From a virus (lineage: Duplodnaviria; Caudoviricetes), in the IMG/VR virus record IMGVR_UViG_3300037424_000485, positions 128,001-192,000 of that record: a DNA stretch of 64,000 nucleotides. One strand, 5' to 3'. The stretch's first letter is position 1. Each line of letters opens with the position of its first letter. Of the stretch, positions 15,114 through 23,955 are shown piece after piece. Under the pieces are notes generated by a model, which made no database searches, had not been told where the DNA came from, and worked only from the letters and a program-made list of their open reading frames with translations. A program made the translations under genes and the position numbers.

Positions 15114-17348
15114 TTATGGAACAAGTCTCTTCCCAAACAATGACAAATATGTATTGATATAATGGGTTAGGTTATCATATTCCTCCCAAAACAACTGTTT
15201 TCTAACACTTTCAAAATCTTTGGTATATACTTTATGCCTTAAATCAATATCACCAATTAATTTTTCTATATTACTAACTATATCACCCGATGTATCACAT
15301 GTCAATGTGGCATCTTTATAAGGCTCTACATTTGAGTATACACCTGGACACCCTAGAATGGCGTACTCTAATTTTTTGATATTGCTATTATGAGAAACTA
15401 TCCCATTAGCTAGATAATAACTACCATCTGGAACTTGTATATCATAAACATCATTATTAGATTTTTGTATATCAACTATCTCATCATTCATTTCAAATTC
15501 TTTAAAAGCATTTGATCTTTTATGTGATAACCTTTCTTCTAATATAGATTTCTTTCTATTTGATATAAATCCAATATCCTTATGGAATATTTCAGATGCT
15601 TGTCTTCCTAAATACAGAGTATAGTAATCTTTATCATATGTCTTATTTCTATACACTTGTATACGAGATACTATACCAAAACCTAATAACAGAAATTGAA
15701 CATCTCTAACCAAATCTTTATCCTTACTTACAAAAGAAACAGAAGTTGATTTTTTACATGTAGTTCCATCGGTTTCAAACAAACCTGATAAAAATTCTCT
15801 AATTACTGATTTTGGAGATTTTAATATAACATCAGGAACCCTTAAAATCTTACCATATCTTCCTTTAAACCCAATTTTATCACCTAAAAATACTTTTAGG
15901 TTTCTACTTGATATTTTTATATCAAGGCCCTTGCCAGAATATCCATCATCTCTTTTCTTTTCAACAAAATGATAGTTTAATCCTATATTAGAAGCAAATT
16001 CAGTAATATCATAAATAACATCAATATCGTTCTTATTACAAGAAATAGATATACAATTAGATGTTGCGAGATGTCCATCACCTAATACATAACCAATAAA
16101 TCTACCCCATTGCTCATTAATTCTAACTCTTGGCATAACATCATCATCTAAGCTACTATAATCTATGCTATCTAATTTCTTAGTAATAAACATAGGAAAT
16201 GTTAGCTCTTGATATGGAACATCTGGAAAATCGTAAGTTCCTATATCTACACTATCACCTATTTTAAACTCATCCATTCTTTTATATAGATTAAGACCCC
16301 TAAGTTTATGATTCAATGTGCCTTCAATTTCAAAGCCTTTTTTGGTAATAAATTTTAAAGTATCTCTATTACTATATTTTATATTACTGGCTACATTCTT
16401 ATATGAATTCTCCTGCCATATAGTATTTTTAATATTAACGCTATCTATAGCACAAATACCTTTATCAGTTACCACTCTTGTGTCCTTTACTAGACATTTA
16501 CAACTATTAAATAGATTATCCTCCAATGGTGCTATTGCAATATCAACATCGAGCTTCTTAACATACTGAGGAAACTTCCAAATTGATTGCCATTGATGAA
16601 ATTCTATTTTATCTTTAATATCATGAAGCTCTCTTGGTAATGCTCCCATAATAACCCATTGGATATCATCAACAGTCTTTCTAATATAATCAAGAAGATC
16701 CTTTCCAAAGTCGCCACCTTTCCTATCAGCCTTCATAGCAAAATGATTACTCGATCCAGCCCAATATACACGTGGCTTTCTGCTAATCTCTTCTTTGAAT
16801 GGTAGAGGCTCGCCCCATAGAAATTTTGGTAAATGGTTTGGTATTACCCTGATATTCTTATTAAATTTGCTATATACTTCTTTGAGTTTGTTGGTACTAC
16901 AAATCATACCATCCATCAACCCCATGATCTGAGGAATGAATTCTTGTTGCGGCTTATACCAATCAGCAGCAAAATTCCAATCTGGGATCTCTGTTAGTAG
17001 ATCGTCTATCTCATATATAATTGGTGTGTTTGTTTGTCTGCTTATATTAGATTTAAAATATTGCAGCATCTCAAGTTGTGGTTTTGTAGCACTTCTTTGA
17101 AATTGACAGAATAACAAGTCTTTGTAAAAATTAGGATCTGGAATGAATTTATTTCCATAGTTTGCTAAAATTTTTACCTTTGCTATCTCTTCATAATGAT
17201 TTAGTAATAATGTGGGGAAGATAACTCTTATATGTCCACATCCTTGATTATCAGCAGCATATGAATACATGTTTAACTGGATAGGAGGTTTTATTAAATC
17301 CACCTTTGGTTTATTGCCTTTTCTTTTTATATTTCTTAAATTTCCCAT
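15114..17348 (-). CDS. GT-B glycosyltransferase containing an intein
   Basis: YAADNQGCGHIR, IIYEIDD, WAGS..H, DIAIAPLEDNLFNSCK|SNIKKLEY..LGCPGVYS exteins. Confidence 0.85.
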   Translation of the reverse strand: MGNLRNIKRKGNKPKVDLIKPPIQLNMYSYAADNQGCGHIRVIFPTLLLNHYEEIAKVKILANYGNKFIPDPNFYKDLLFCQFQRSATKPQLEMLQYFKSNISRQTNTPIIYEIDDLLTEIPDWNFAADWYKPQQEFIPQIMGLMDGMICSTNKLKEVYSKFNKNIRVIPNHLPKFLWGEPLPFKEEISRKPRVYWAGSSNHFAMKADRKGGDFGKDLLDYIRKTVDDIQWVIMGALPRELHDIKDKIEFHQWQSIWKFPQYVKKLDVDIAIAPLEDNLFNSCKCLVKDTRVVTDKGICAIDSVNIKNTIWQENSYKNVASNIKYSNRDTLKFITKKGFEIEGTLNHKLRGLNLYKRMDEFKIGDSVDIGTYDFPDVPYQELTFPMFITKKLDSIDYSSLDDDVMPRVRINEQWGRFIGYVLGDGHLATSNCISISCNKNDIDVIYDITEFASNIGLNYHFVEKKRDDGYSGKGLDIKISSRNLKVFLGDKIGFKGRYGKILRVPDVILKSPKSVIREFLSGLFETDGTTCKKSTSVSFVSKDKDLVRDVQFLLLGFGIVSRIQVYRNKTYDKDYYTLYLGRQASEIFHKDIGFISNRKKSILEERLSHKRSNAFKEFEMNDEIVDIQKSNNDVYDIQVPDGSYYLANGIVSHNSNIKKLEYAILGCPGVYSNVEPYKDATLTCDTSGDIVSNIEKLIGDIDLRHKVYTKDFESVRKQLFWEEYDNLTHYINTYLSLFGKRLVP
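15387..16496 (-). mobile_element. 370-aa intein with LAGLIDADG homing endonuclease
   Basis: Starts CLVKDTRV, ends IVSHN followed by Ser; GYVLGDG and SGLFETDG endonuclease blocks. Confidence 0.9.
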
Positions 17349-17457
17349 TTAACCCACAAATTAATTAAAAATAGGGGTTTAGGAGTTATAACGCACTCTT
17401 AACAATGCATATCATATTATTTCTAATATGATCTCCATACCCCTCTACCTTTACTAC

Positions 17458-17982
17458 CTACACAAGATTTTCAAGTATCTCATTGATATACTTGTCAATT
17501 CCTAATGTTTCGACTTTTAACAATAAAAATTCATTGATGGTCGGCGTATATGGAGATCTCTTCAGATACATATTAATATCTCTTAAAGATTTATCTCCTT
17601 TATTATGATTACATTTTTGACATGCACATACACAGTTATCCCATTCTGATTTACCACCTATAGAACTTGGTACAACATGGTCTAGAGTGCATTCATCAAC
17701 TTTCAGTTTAACATCACAATACTGACATGTAAACTTGTCACGTGTAAAAATATTTCTTTTTGAATAGGGAACTCTATTTTTGTAAATTTTCCTAACCATT
17801 TTAACAAGACGAATTATCTTAGGTATAAGCATCTCAAACGATTTAGAGCTGTTAGAAATGACATCATCTGACCATGACAATACATCAACTTTTGCTTGAA
17901 AAACAAGAGTGATTGCCTTCTGCCATGATATAGTATTCAAATATTGATAGTTTGCATTTAATACAACTACTGATCTTACCAT
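17458..17982 (-). CDS. HNH endonuclease (McrA-like)
   Basis: VVVLNANYQYL N-terminus; RDKFTCQYC...TLDHVVPSSIGG..WDNCVCACQKCNHNKG. Confidence 0.9.
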   Translation of the reverse strand: MVRSVVVLNANYQYLNTISWQKAITLVFQAKVDVLSWSDDVISNSSKSFEMLIPKIIRLVKMVRKIYKNRVPYSKRNIFTRDKFTCQYCDVKLKVDECTLDHVVPSSIGGKSEWDNCVCACQKCNHNKGDKSLRDINMYLKRSPYTPTINEFLLLKVETLGIDKYINEILENLV

Positions 17983-18009
17983 CTCAATATACCTTTTGTT
18001 TGTATTAGT

Positions 18010-18276
18010 CTATTTCACTCCCTTGTTTCCTTGTGTGACTAATAGTTTTGATATACCCTCATCCTCCGAGAGTTCCTTTAGATATCTAATATAATTCTTT
18101 TTTGCTTCTTCTTTAGTAACCTTATCTTTAAAATTTCCATTGCTATCTTTAAGTGTTACCTCATCTTTCAATGTTTGGCAGAAAATACATTTACAAATAT
18201 CTCCTGTCGCTGTGGTGTCTACCACAATCATCCAATCTGGATGAAATAAAAATTTACAAACCGCACACTCTGGCAT
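18010..18276 (-). CDS. hypothetical CxxC protein
   Basis: ORF with GGAG RBS. Confidence 0.65.
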   Translation of the reverse strand: MPECAVCKFLFHPDWMIVVDTTATGDICKCIFCQTLKDEVTLKDSNGNFKDKVTKEEAKKNYIRYLKELSEDEGISKLLVTQGNKGVK

Positions 18277-18351
18277 TATTCTCTCCTTGTTTAAGTATTA
18301 ACATTACTATATTTTATAAATTTTGTCAATGTTATTGTATATGTAGCTTAT

Positions 18352-19227
18352 TTATAAGATATAAGATTCTTTTGCTATAATATCCAGCAATTTTTCAACT
18401 TTTTTACTATAATTTGATTCAACTATATAAAAGGAATTGCTTGTATCTTCTCTCATCATAAGGACACGACAAATACAATTATCATTAGTCTCCCCATTAC
18501 CACTCTCAATCCACTCACATATATTTTCTATGTATTTTAAAGCTTTTGATAATGGTAATTTAGGTAGTGTAATTTTTACTTCATTAGTACCAAAAGATGT
18601 AATTTCACATTCATCTATAAAAGATAATCCACTAAAATCAATACTTTTTATCTCTTCATATGGATCTTTAATAAGAGGCTCTTGCATAAATTCAGCATTA
18701 CCGCCTTCTAATACCCATAATATAGGATTGAACTGTTGTTCTCCCATATATTTTATATAAGGATTGAGATCTACCTCCGCAATTTTTACATTCTTATATT
18801 TTATTTCTGTGTCTTCATATAGTTCACGAAGGATGTTAATAGCTTCCTTACATTTCTTTATATCTTCCCTTAATGTATTAGTTTTTCTTGCTATTGTCAT
18901 TGGCACTAAATCTATATCTGATCTAATATCTAACAACGCTGCGTGTGTTTGTTTGATCTTATCTTTTTCTTTGTCTATATCAATTTCTATATCAAGAAGT
19001 TCTTTTAAAGTGTTCTCATACTCATATCTAAAAGAGTTAACAGCTTTCTTATAGGCACTCCATGATTCATAAGCCTCTTTATATCCCATATCATCATAAG
19101 ATATACGATCATAAGACATATATTCAAATTCACATTGTAATATTATTTTGTCATTATTTAATGATTCTTTTATTTTATTTATATTCATATTCTCAGTCAA
19201 TATATTATATTTCTGTAGTCTGCTCAT
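18352..19227 (-). CDS. hypothetical late protein with a coiled coil
   Basis: Start refined to MSRLQKY after TATAAATA (19245-52) and AAGGAG. Confidence 0.7.
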   Translation of the reverse strand: MSRLQKYNILTENMNINKIKESLNNDKIILQCEFEYMSYDRISYDDMGYKEAYESWSAYKKAVNSFRYEYENTLKELLDIEIDIDKEKDKIKQTHAALLDIRSDIDLVPMTIARKTNTLREDIKKCKEAINILRELYEDTEIKYKNVKIAEVDLNPYIKYMGEQQFNPILWVLEGGNAEFMQEPLIKDPYEEIKSIDFSGLSFIDECEITSFGTNEVKITLPKLPLSKALKYIENICEWIESGNGETNDNCICRVLMMREDTSNSFYIVESNYSKKVEKLLDIIAKESYIL

Positions 19228-19252
19228 ATAAATCTCCTTACTAGTATTTATA

Positions 19253-19492
19253 TTAACAGCACTGGTCAAAATAGTAATCCTCCAAATCAAGACTATTTAT
19301 TTCATCCCATGTTTTTTCATTAGTTACTTTATATACGTTTTTTTTACGTACTAGATGTATATCTACAATATCTATATCATATTGATCTTCTTCGTTATCA
19401 TCATCATAGTAAGACTCGCCCCTAGTAACTTCTACATTCACTTCCACTTGGTAATCAAGGCCATTTAATTCAATCTCTAGTATCTCTATCAT
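19253..19492 (-). CDS. acidic hypothetical protein
   Basis: ORF. Confidence 0.55.
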   Translation of the reverse strand: MIEILEIELNGLDYQVEVNVEVTRGESYYDDDNEEDQYDIDIVDIHLVRKKNVYKVTNEKTWDEINSLDLEDYYFDQCC

Positions 19493-19621
19493 AGTGTTGT
19501 TATTGTTTAATTTTTCTAGGAAATATATACTTTTTTCCTATATTTTAATATCCCTAAAGCCTATGGTGTATATAGACCCAAAGTCTCTTTTGGATTTAGA
19601 CTATTTGCTTATCCCTATTTA

Positions 19622-19813
19622 CTAAAAATAATGGTAACACTCCCACTCTGTTAAATCAGAAAATCTTTTTACTAAGGCCATTCCAGTACGTTTTATTTCT
19701 CTTTCTATAGTTTTATCTTCCAACCCATATATGCTATTAGGATTGTTTGGTACTATAGGTGGACTGGATATTATATCGCCTGTATCTGTTTTTAGTTTAA
19801 GTATAAAAGGCAT
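19622..19813 (-). CDS. hypothetical protein
   Basis: ORF, TAATG coupled. Confidence 0.5.
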   Translation of the reverse strand: MPFILKLKTDTGDIISSPPIVPNNPNSIYGLEDKTIEREIKRTGMALVKRFSDLTEWECYHYF

Positions 19814-20169
19814 TAATCCTCACCTAACTGGATTACTGGTAATCTCTCAAGTTCTGTTATGATAGCATCTATAGTGCTATCTGTCAATTCACCATAAATA
19901 AATAAATCATAACTATAATCCATTTGTTTATAAAATGGTTTTGAATGATCTACCATGTCTGTCTTACTAATATATAGATGATTTATTCTACCACCATTGA
20001 TACCATAGATGCTTGGGCTATCAGCGACATTTGCCCTTACCCATCTACCATTAATAATAGCAGTAATCCATCCAGTTATAGAATGTGGATCTACTATTAT
20101 TATGTTTCCTGTTTTTACTATTTTACTTTCTTCCATATTGTTATTCTGGGTATCGTATAATCCTTCCAA
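19813..20169 (-). CDS. hypothetical protein
   Basis: ORF; WVRANVADSPSIYGINGGRINHLYI. Confidence 0.6.
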   Translation of the reverse strand: MEGLYDTQNNNMEESKIVKTGNIIIVDPHSITGWITAIINGRWVRANVADSPSIYGINGGRINHLYISKTDMVDHSKPFYKQMDYSYDLFIYGELTDSTIDAIITELERLPVIQLGED

Positions 20170-21798
20170 TTTTGGCTTCTATCATATCAATTTGATACTC
20201 ATATATATGGGAACCAGAGCTATAATAATACATCTTACCTACTTTTTTACCTATATATTCAGCGACCATTTCTTGTAGTCTAGCCATACCACCCATATTA
20301 ACAGGGAAGCCAGCCCATAAATCATTACTGCGCCAATAAGTGGTAAGAGTCAGAGAATCACCAACTACTTTGAAATCAATTTCTCTAAGACAGCTTGGGT
20401 CATTAATTAATACATCTTCTTTCCTTCCTATAGCAATACATGTCTGATTAGTATTTGGTGTGTTTAGAAGAGTTTCCATTACGGTGGGTAGCTGTTCGCC
20501 AATTCTTTCTGCATAGGTATTACCAGACCAACATGCCTTTCCATTTCTTCTAACATATAATATATGATTTTTTGGTAATCTTGAACAGTAAACAGCGCAT
20601 GATTTATCATTATCAATTACTTTAACATTTTTATCTTTTAACACATGAGGCATATTAAAAATATCGTTTTTATAAATATAATTTATATATATATTATTAT
20701 CCACTCTTTTAGTTAATGTAGAACTATACCCTATTTTTAAACACAACTCTTGTACATTATCAGCAAGCTGTTTTGATAATGTAGAATATGAACAGTTTCT
20801 TGTTGTGCCATCACATCTATACATCCAGTAAAACAATATTTTTAATTGTTCTTTTGATAGATTCATAAAATCTCTATCAATATATTTATCTCTTGACTTG
20901 CCAAATTTTTCAAGATAACAATATAACTGCTTATCGCTTATTAATATATCTTTATCATAAACTCTGACATTATCAAATATCTTAGAGAATACTTTTATAA
21001 AAATATCTTGTTCTTTTTTATTTTGTTTTGTAATAGTTACAACATATTGATTTTTATCTTTATATCTCCTTAATGACCCATCTGCTAACCAAGCACCATA
21101 GAACATTAACCATATATTCATTTTTATCTGTCTTTGTTCGCCATAGCCATTATATCTATGATTATTATATTCTATAGAAGGAAGAATAAAGTTTTCTTCT
21201 TTATTACCTTTCCATATACCATTCTTTTTAAACCTAAATCTATAATATGGTATATCATCAACAGGCGATAGATTAAATAATTCTCTATTTTCTTTTGATA
21301 TATATAGTGAATGTCCTGATGATACTAACTGATCTATATACTTGGATTTAACATGATATAGAGGTTTTATAGTATCAAATTTAACATTTTCTATAGGCTT
21401 TATATATTCTATTTCATTATTTATAGGGTTTAAGGAACATATCTTTTCATCACCTTTTAGATCTTTAAAAAAAACCATCCTATATCAGTGAGGACTTCAG
21501 TATCTTCCGAATAACAGTATTCCTCATTCTTCTCTGGCTTCTTACCACCTAAAATATAATTACAATAGTATTCTTCAATAAACTCTTGAGTAGATGGTGG
21601 GGCTACCCCAACTGGAACACTAGGAACCATATCTACTAAAGGATTTTCAATTTCTACTGATAGAAAGGGGTACTGTAGACGGTATGACTCATTTTCAAAT
21701 GAGCCTCTATCTATAACTTGTTTATATACTTCTGGAAGGTCTAAATGATATAACACTTGAAACCATGCATCACTTATAGTTTTTCCAATAATTTCCAT
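20141..21798 (-). CDS. thyA: thymidylate synthase (ThyA-type) with intein, split by a -1 frameshift at 21466-21474
   Basis: Exteins join as NEEY|TYAERI; DPSCLREIDF, WRSNDLWAGFPVN, SGSHIYE catalytic motifs; encoded by track ORFs 21457..21798 and 20141..21478. Confidence 0.8.
20519..21516 (-). mobile_element. intein with LAGLIDADG endonuclease (998 nt, one base short of in-frame)
   Basis: Starts CYSEDTEVLTDIGW, ends VRRNGKACWSGN followed by Thr; GAWLADGS and WMYRCDG blocks. Confidence 0.85.
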
Positions 21799-21908
21799 TA
21801 CTTATATATTCCCTATATTCCTTTGCCCATCTAATAAAATCTATTTGACCACTGGTTTTTATATATTTCTGATATGTCAAACTACAACAGGTCATACAGA
21901 GTGCATAA

Positions 21909-22073
21909 TCATCCTAGATCATCTCCACAATTAGAGCAATGCATGTCTGGTTCATCACCATAGACATTATACCAAACAACCCTAGTATGGCCTTTAGACC
22001 TACAAACAAAAGCCCTTATGGAAAAAGGATCTTGACATAAATATTTCCACCACTCTTTAGTAAGCCAATGCAT
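21909..22073 (-). pseudogene. small Cys/His-rich gene with compensating frameshifts
   Basis: MHWLTKEWWKYLCQDPF* then SIRAFVCRSKGH in another frame, then back to NVYGDEPDMHCSNCGDDLG*. Confidence 0.4.
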
Positions 22074-22074
22074 A

Positions 22075-22417
22075 TTATTTATCCTTTAGACGATCAGTAT
22101 TTAATATATTATCTACTTGTTCTTTTAAATCCATGTTTTTTTCATTAAGATATCTATGATAAGATCTGGATATAATAGAAGACATATCATCCACGTGATA
22201 TATACCTACACCATTAAACTTTCTAGTAAGCATATTATCACCCCAGCTCAAACTCATTCCGTATAACTCTACCTAATGAATGATGGCCTGTAGTTACAGC
22301 GTCTTCTTCATTCATAAGCATATACTGCTCAATGGTTATATCATCGAAGTCATTAGCTATGATTTCGCTTATACGCTCAAAATTATACAATATGGTTAAT
22401 GACAGTCCTATTAGCAT
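22075..22417 (-). pseudogene. gene split by a frameshift near 22245
   Basis: ...HHSLGRVIRNEFELG* continues in another frame as WGDNMLTRKFNGVGIYHVDDMSSII. Confidence 0.45.
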
Positions 22418-22450
22418 TTATTTATCCTCAAATGATACCTATTCTAATCA

Positions 22451-22657
22451 TTAAGAAATTTTCCTAGATTTATATGCTGAACCAAGGCCCCTACTAAATT
22501 TAGAAGCTTGTCTTGTTGTTGCTGGAATACCAGCATTTTGACATGCTTTAATAAAAGCGTCTGATTTTACGATATTTCTGTTTCTCTCTGCTGCTGCTGA
22601 TGTATCATAAATCGGCGCACCACCTCTAACACGTTCCCACTGTCTAGCTTTACTCAT
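22451..22657 (-). CDS. small basic phage protein
   Basis: AAGGAG RBS; FIKACQNAGIPATTRQASKF..G.G.AYK. Confidence 0.7.
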   Translation of the reverse strand: MSKARQWERVRGGAPIYDTSAAAERNRNIVKSDAFIKACQNAGIPATTRQASKFSRGLGSAYKSRKIS

Positions 22658-22784
22658 TTACATCTCCTTGTTTAATTTTAACTTTTTTTTCTTCTTTATT
22701 GATATAAAGAAAACATATTTTATTTAACACTGCCTATACAGGCAGTGGAAGTGATGTTCTTATATTCAATACATATCCTCTTCT

Positions 22785-23018
22785 TTATAAACGTTTAACA
22801 TCTATTTTTTTATTATATATATCAGACATCATAATGTAAACAAACAGATCTGTTAGATCGTGTTTTACTTTATCCCCTTTTACAAGATCTTCAAAAGCCG
22901 TTGGAATGAAAACACTGTCATCTTCTCTATAAACTTTTTTATTTTGATCTCTAACACCCCAACATCCATCCAACATATTATCAGTAATCATTATTATTTT
23001 TACCATAGTAATAGTCAA
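22785..23018 (-). CDS. hypothetical protein
   Basis: ORF. Confidence 0.5.
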   Translation of the reverse strand: MTITMVKIIMITDNMLDGCWGVRDQNKKVYREDDSVFIPTAFEDLVKGDKVKHDLTDLFVYIMMSDIYNKKIDVKRL

Positions 23019-23159
23019 TCACATGCTGAAAACCCATTCCCAAAACAAACCATATAGGCGATACTAATCCGTTGGCTGGTGTCTTCAAAAGAAAGCATAG
23101 CATATGCCCAATAATAGCAAACAATATAAGAATATAAAGAACTTTAAATCCAACCCACA

Positions 23160-23315
23160 TTAATAGTTCCTCATGTTCTTGTGTTTCTTGTTACGTACAT
23201 AAGAACCCTTGCCTTTTATAGGACGATGTACAATAACACCTATCTTTGAAACAGGTTTACGAATACTTCTTTGTATTGCTATCATATCTATTTTCATATT
23301 CGTTATCATTTTCAT
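23160..23315 (-). CDS. 51-aa ArfA/BrfA-like peptide (not in ORF track)
   Basis: MKMITNMKIDMIAIQRSIRKPVSKIGVIVHRPIKGKGSYVRNKKHKNMRNY*; AGGAGG RBS; TTGACG-17-TATATT promoter at 23347-23375. Confidence 0.55.
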   Translation of the reverse strand: MKMITNMKIDMIAIQRSIRKPVSKIGVIVHRPIKGKGSYVRNKKHKNMRNY

Positions 23316-23381
23316 TGTCCTACCTCCTATTGATTTATTTCATAGCAATATACTACTATCTTTATCTACCGTCAATCTATT

Positions 23382-23546
23382 TTATACATTTTTCTTAAAT
23401 TGGGTATATTCATATAGAACATGATAGTATGAGCTACGTGCTGCGATATACTCATTCTTCAGCCCTTCCTGACCAGAGACACAAGAATAAATTTTATCAT
23501 TTAAACTGCTGATTTCGTTGGATATTTTACTCTCAAAAGCGTCCAT
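23382..23546 (-). CDS. 54-aa hypothetical protein (not in ORF track)
   Basis: AGGA RBS; MDAFESKISNEISSLNDKIY...KKNV*. Confidence 0.5.
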   Translation of the reverse strand: MDAFESKISNEISSLNDKIYSCVSGQEGLKNEYIAARSSYYHVLYEYTQFKKNV

Positions 23547-23581
23547 ATGTTAGTTTTCCTATATTTATTTTAAAATACCTA

Positions 23582-23610
23582 TTGACAAACCTTATTCTTT
23601 ATGTTATAAT
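23582..23610 (+). promoter_or_regulatory. perfect consensus sigma70 promoter on the plus strand with no downstream ORF
   Basis: TTGACA-17 nt-TATAAT with TGn extended -10. Confidence 0.65.
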
Positions 23611-23694
23611 AAAACCTGTTAAGGGGGGAAATATAATATTTGAATTTTAGAAGCAACAGATTCAAATTTGAATTAGAAATTTGAATTAGAAATT

Positions 23695-23943
23695 TTAAAC
23701 AAATGTTTCCTTTATCCAATCCTTAATAGAAGAAATAGTTTTACAATTATCAAGAGACTCTAATTGAGAAGAAGACAATTTAAAATTAACATTCTTTATT
23801 ATCATATTACCCAATGAAGTTAAAGGATGATTACCTTTCTTTAACCACTTTATATAAAGACTCCAACCAACAGAACCCTTTTTAACCATCTTATTAGTCT
23901 CTATATTAAAAACAGTATTACTTTTATTTGTTATTTGATACAT
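23695..23943 (-). CDS. tail-fibre-associated small protein
   Basis: ORF after the adhesin; WSLYIKWLKKGNHP resembles XkdW/tail-fibre-assembly motifs. Confidence 0.55.
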   Translation of the reverse strand: MYQITNKSNTVFNIETNKMVKKGSVGWSLYIKWLKKGNHPLTSLGNMIIKNVNFKLSSSQLESLDNCKTISSIKDWIKETFV

Positions 23944-23955
23944 TTAATATCTCCT

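Noticed and set aside
23378-23386. Late promoter upstream of the ArfA-like ORF
   Set aside because: Sequence is TATAAAATA, not TATAAATA; the sigma70-type promoter fits better.
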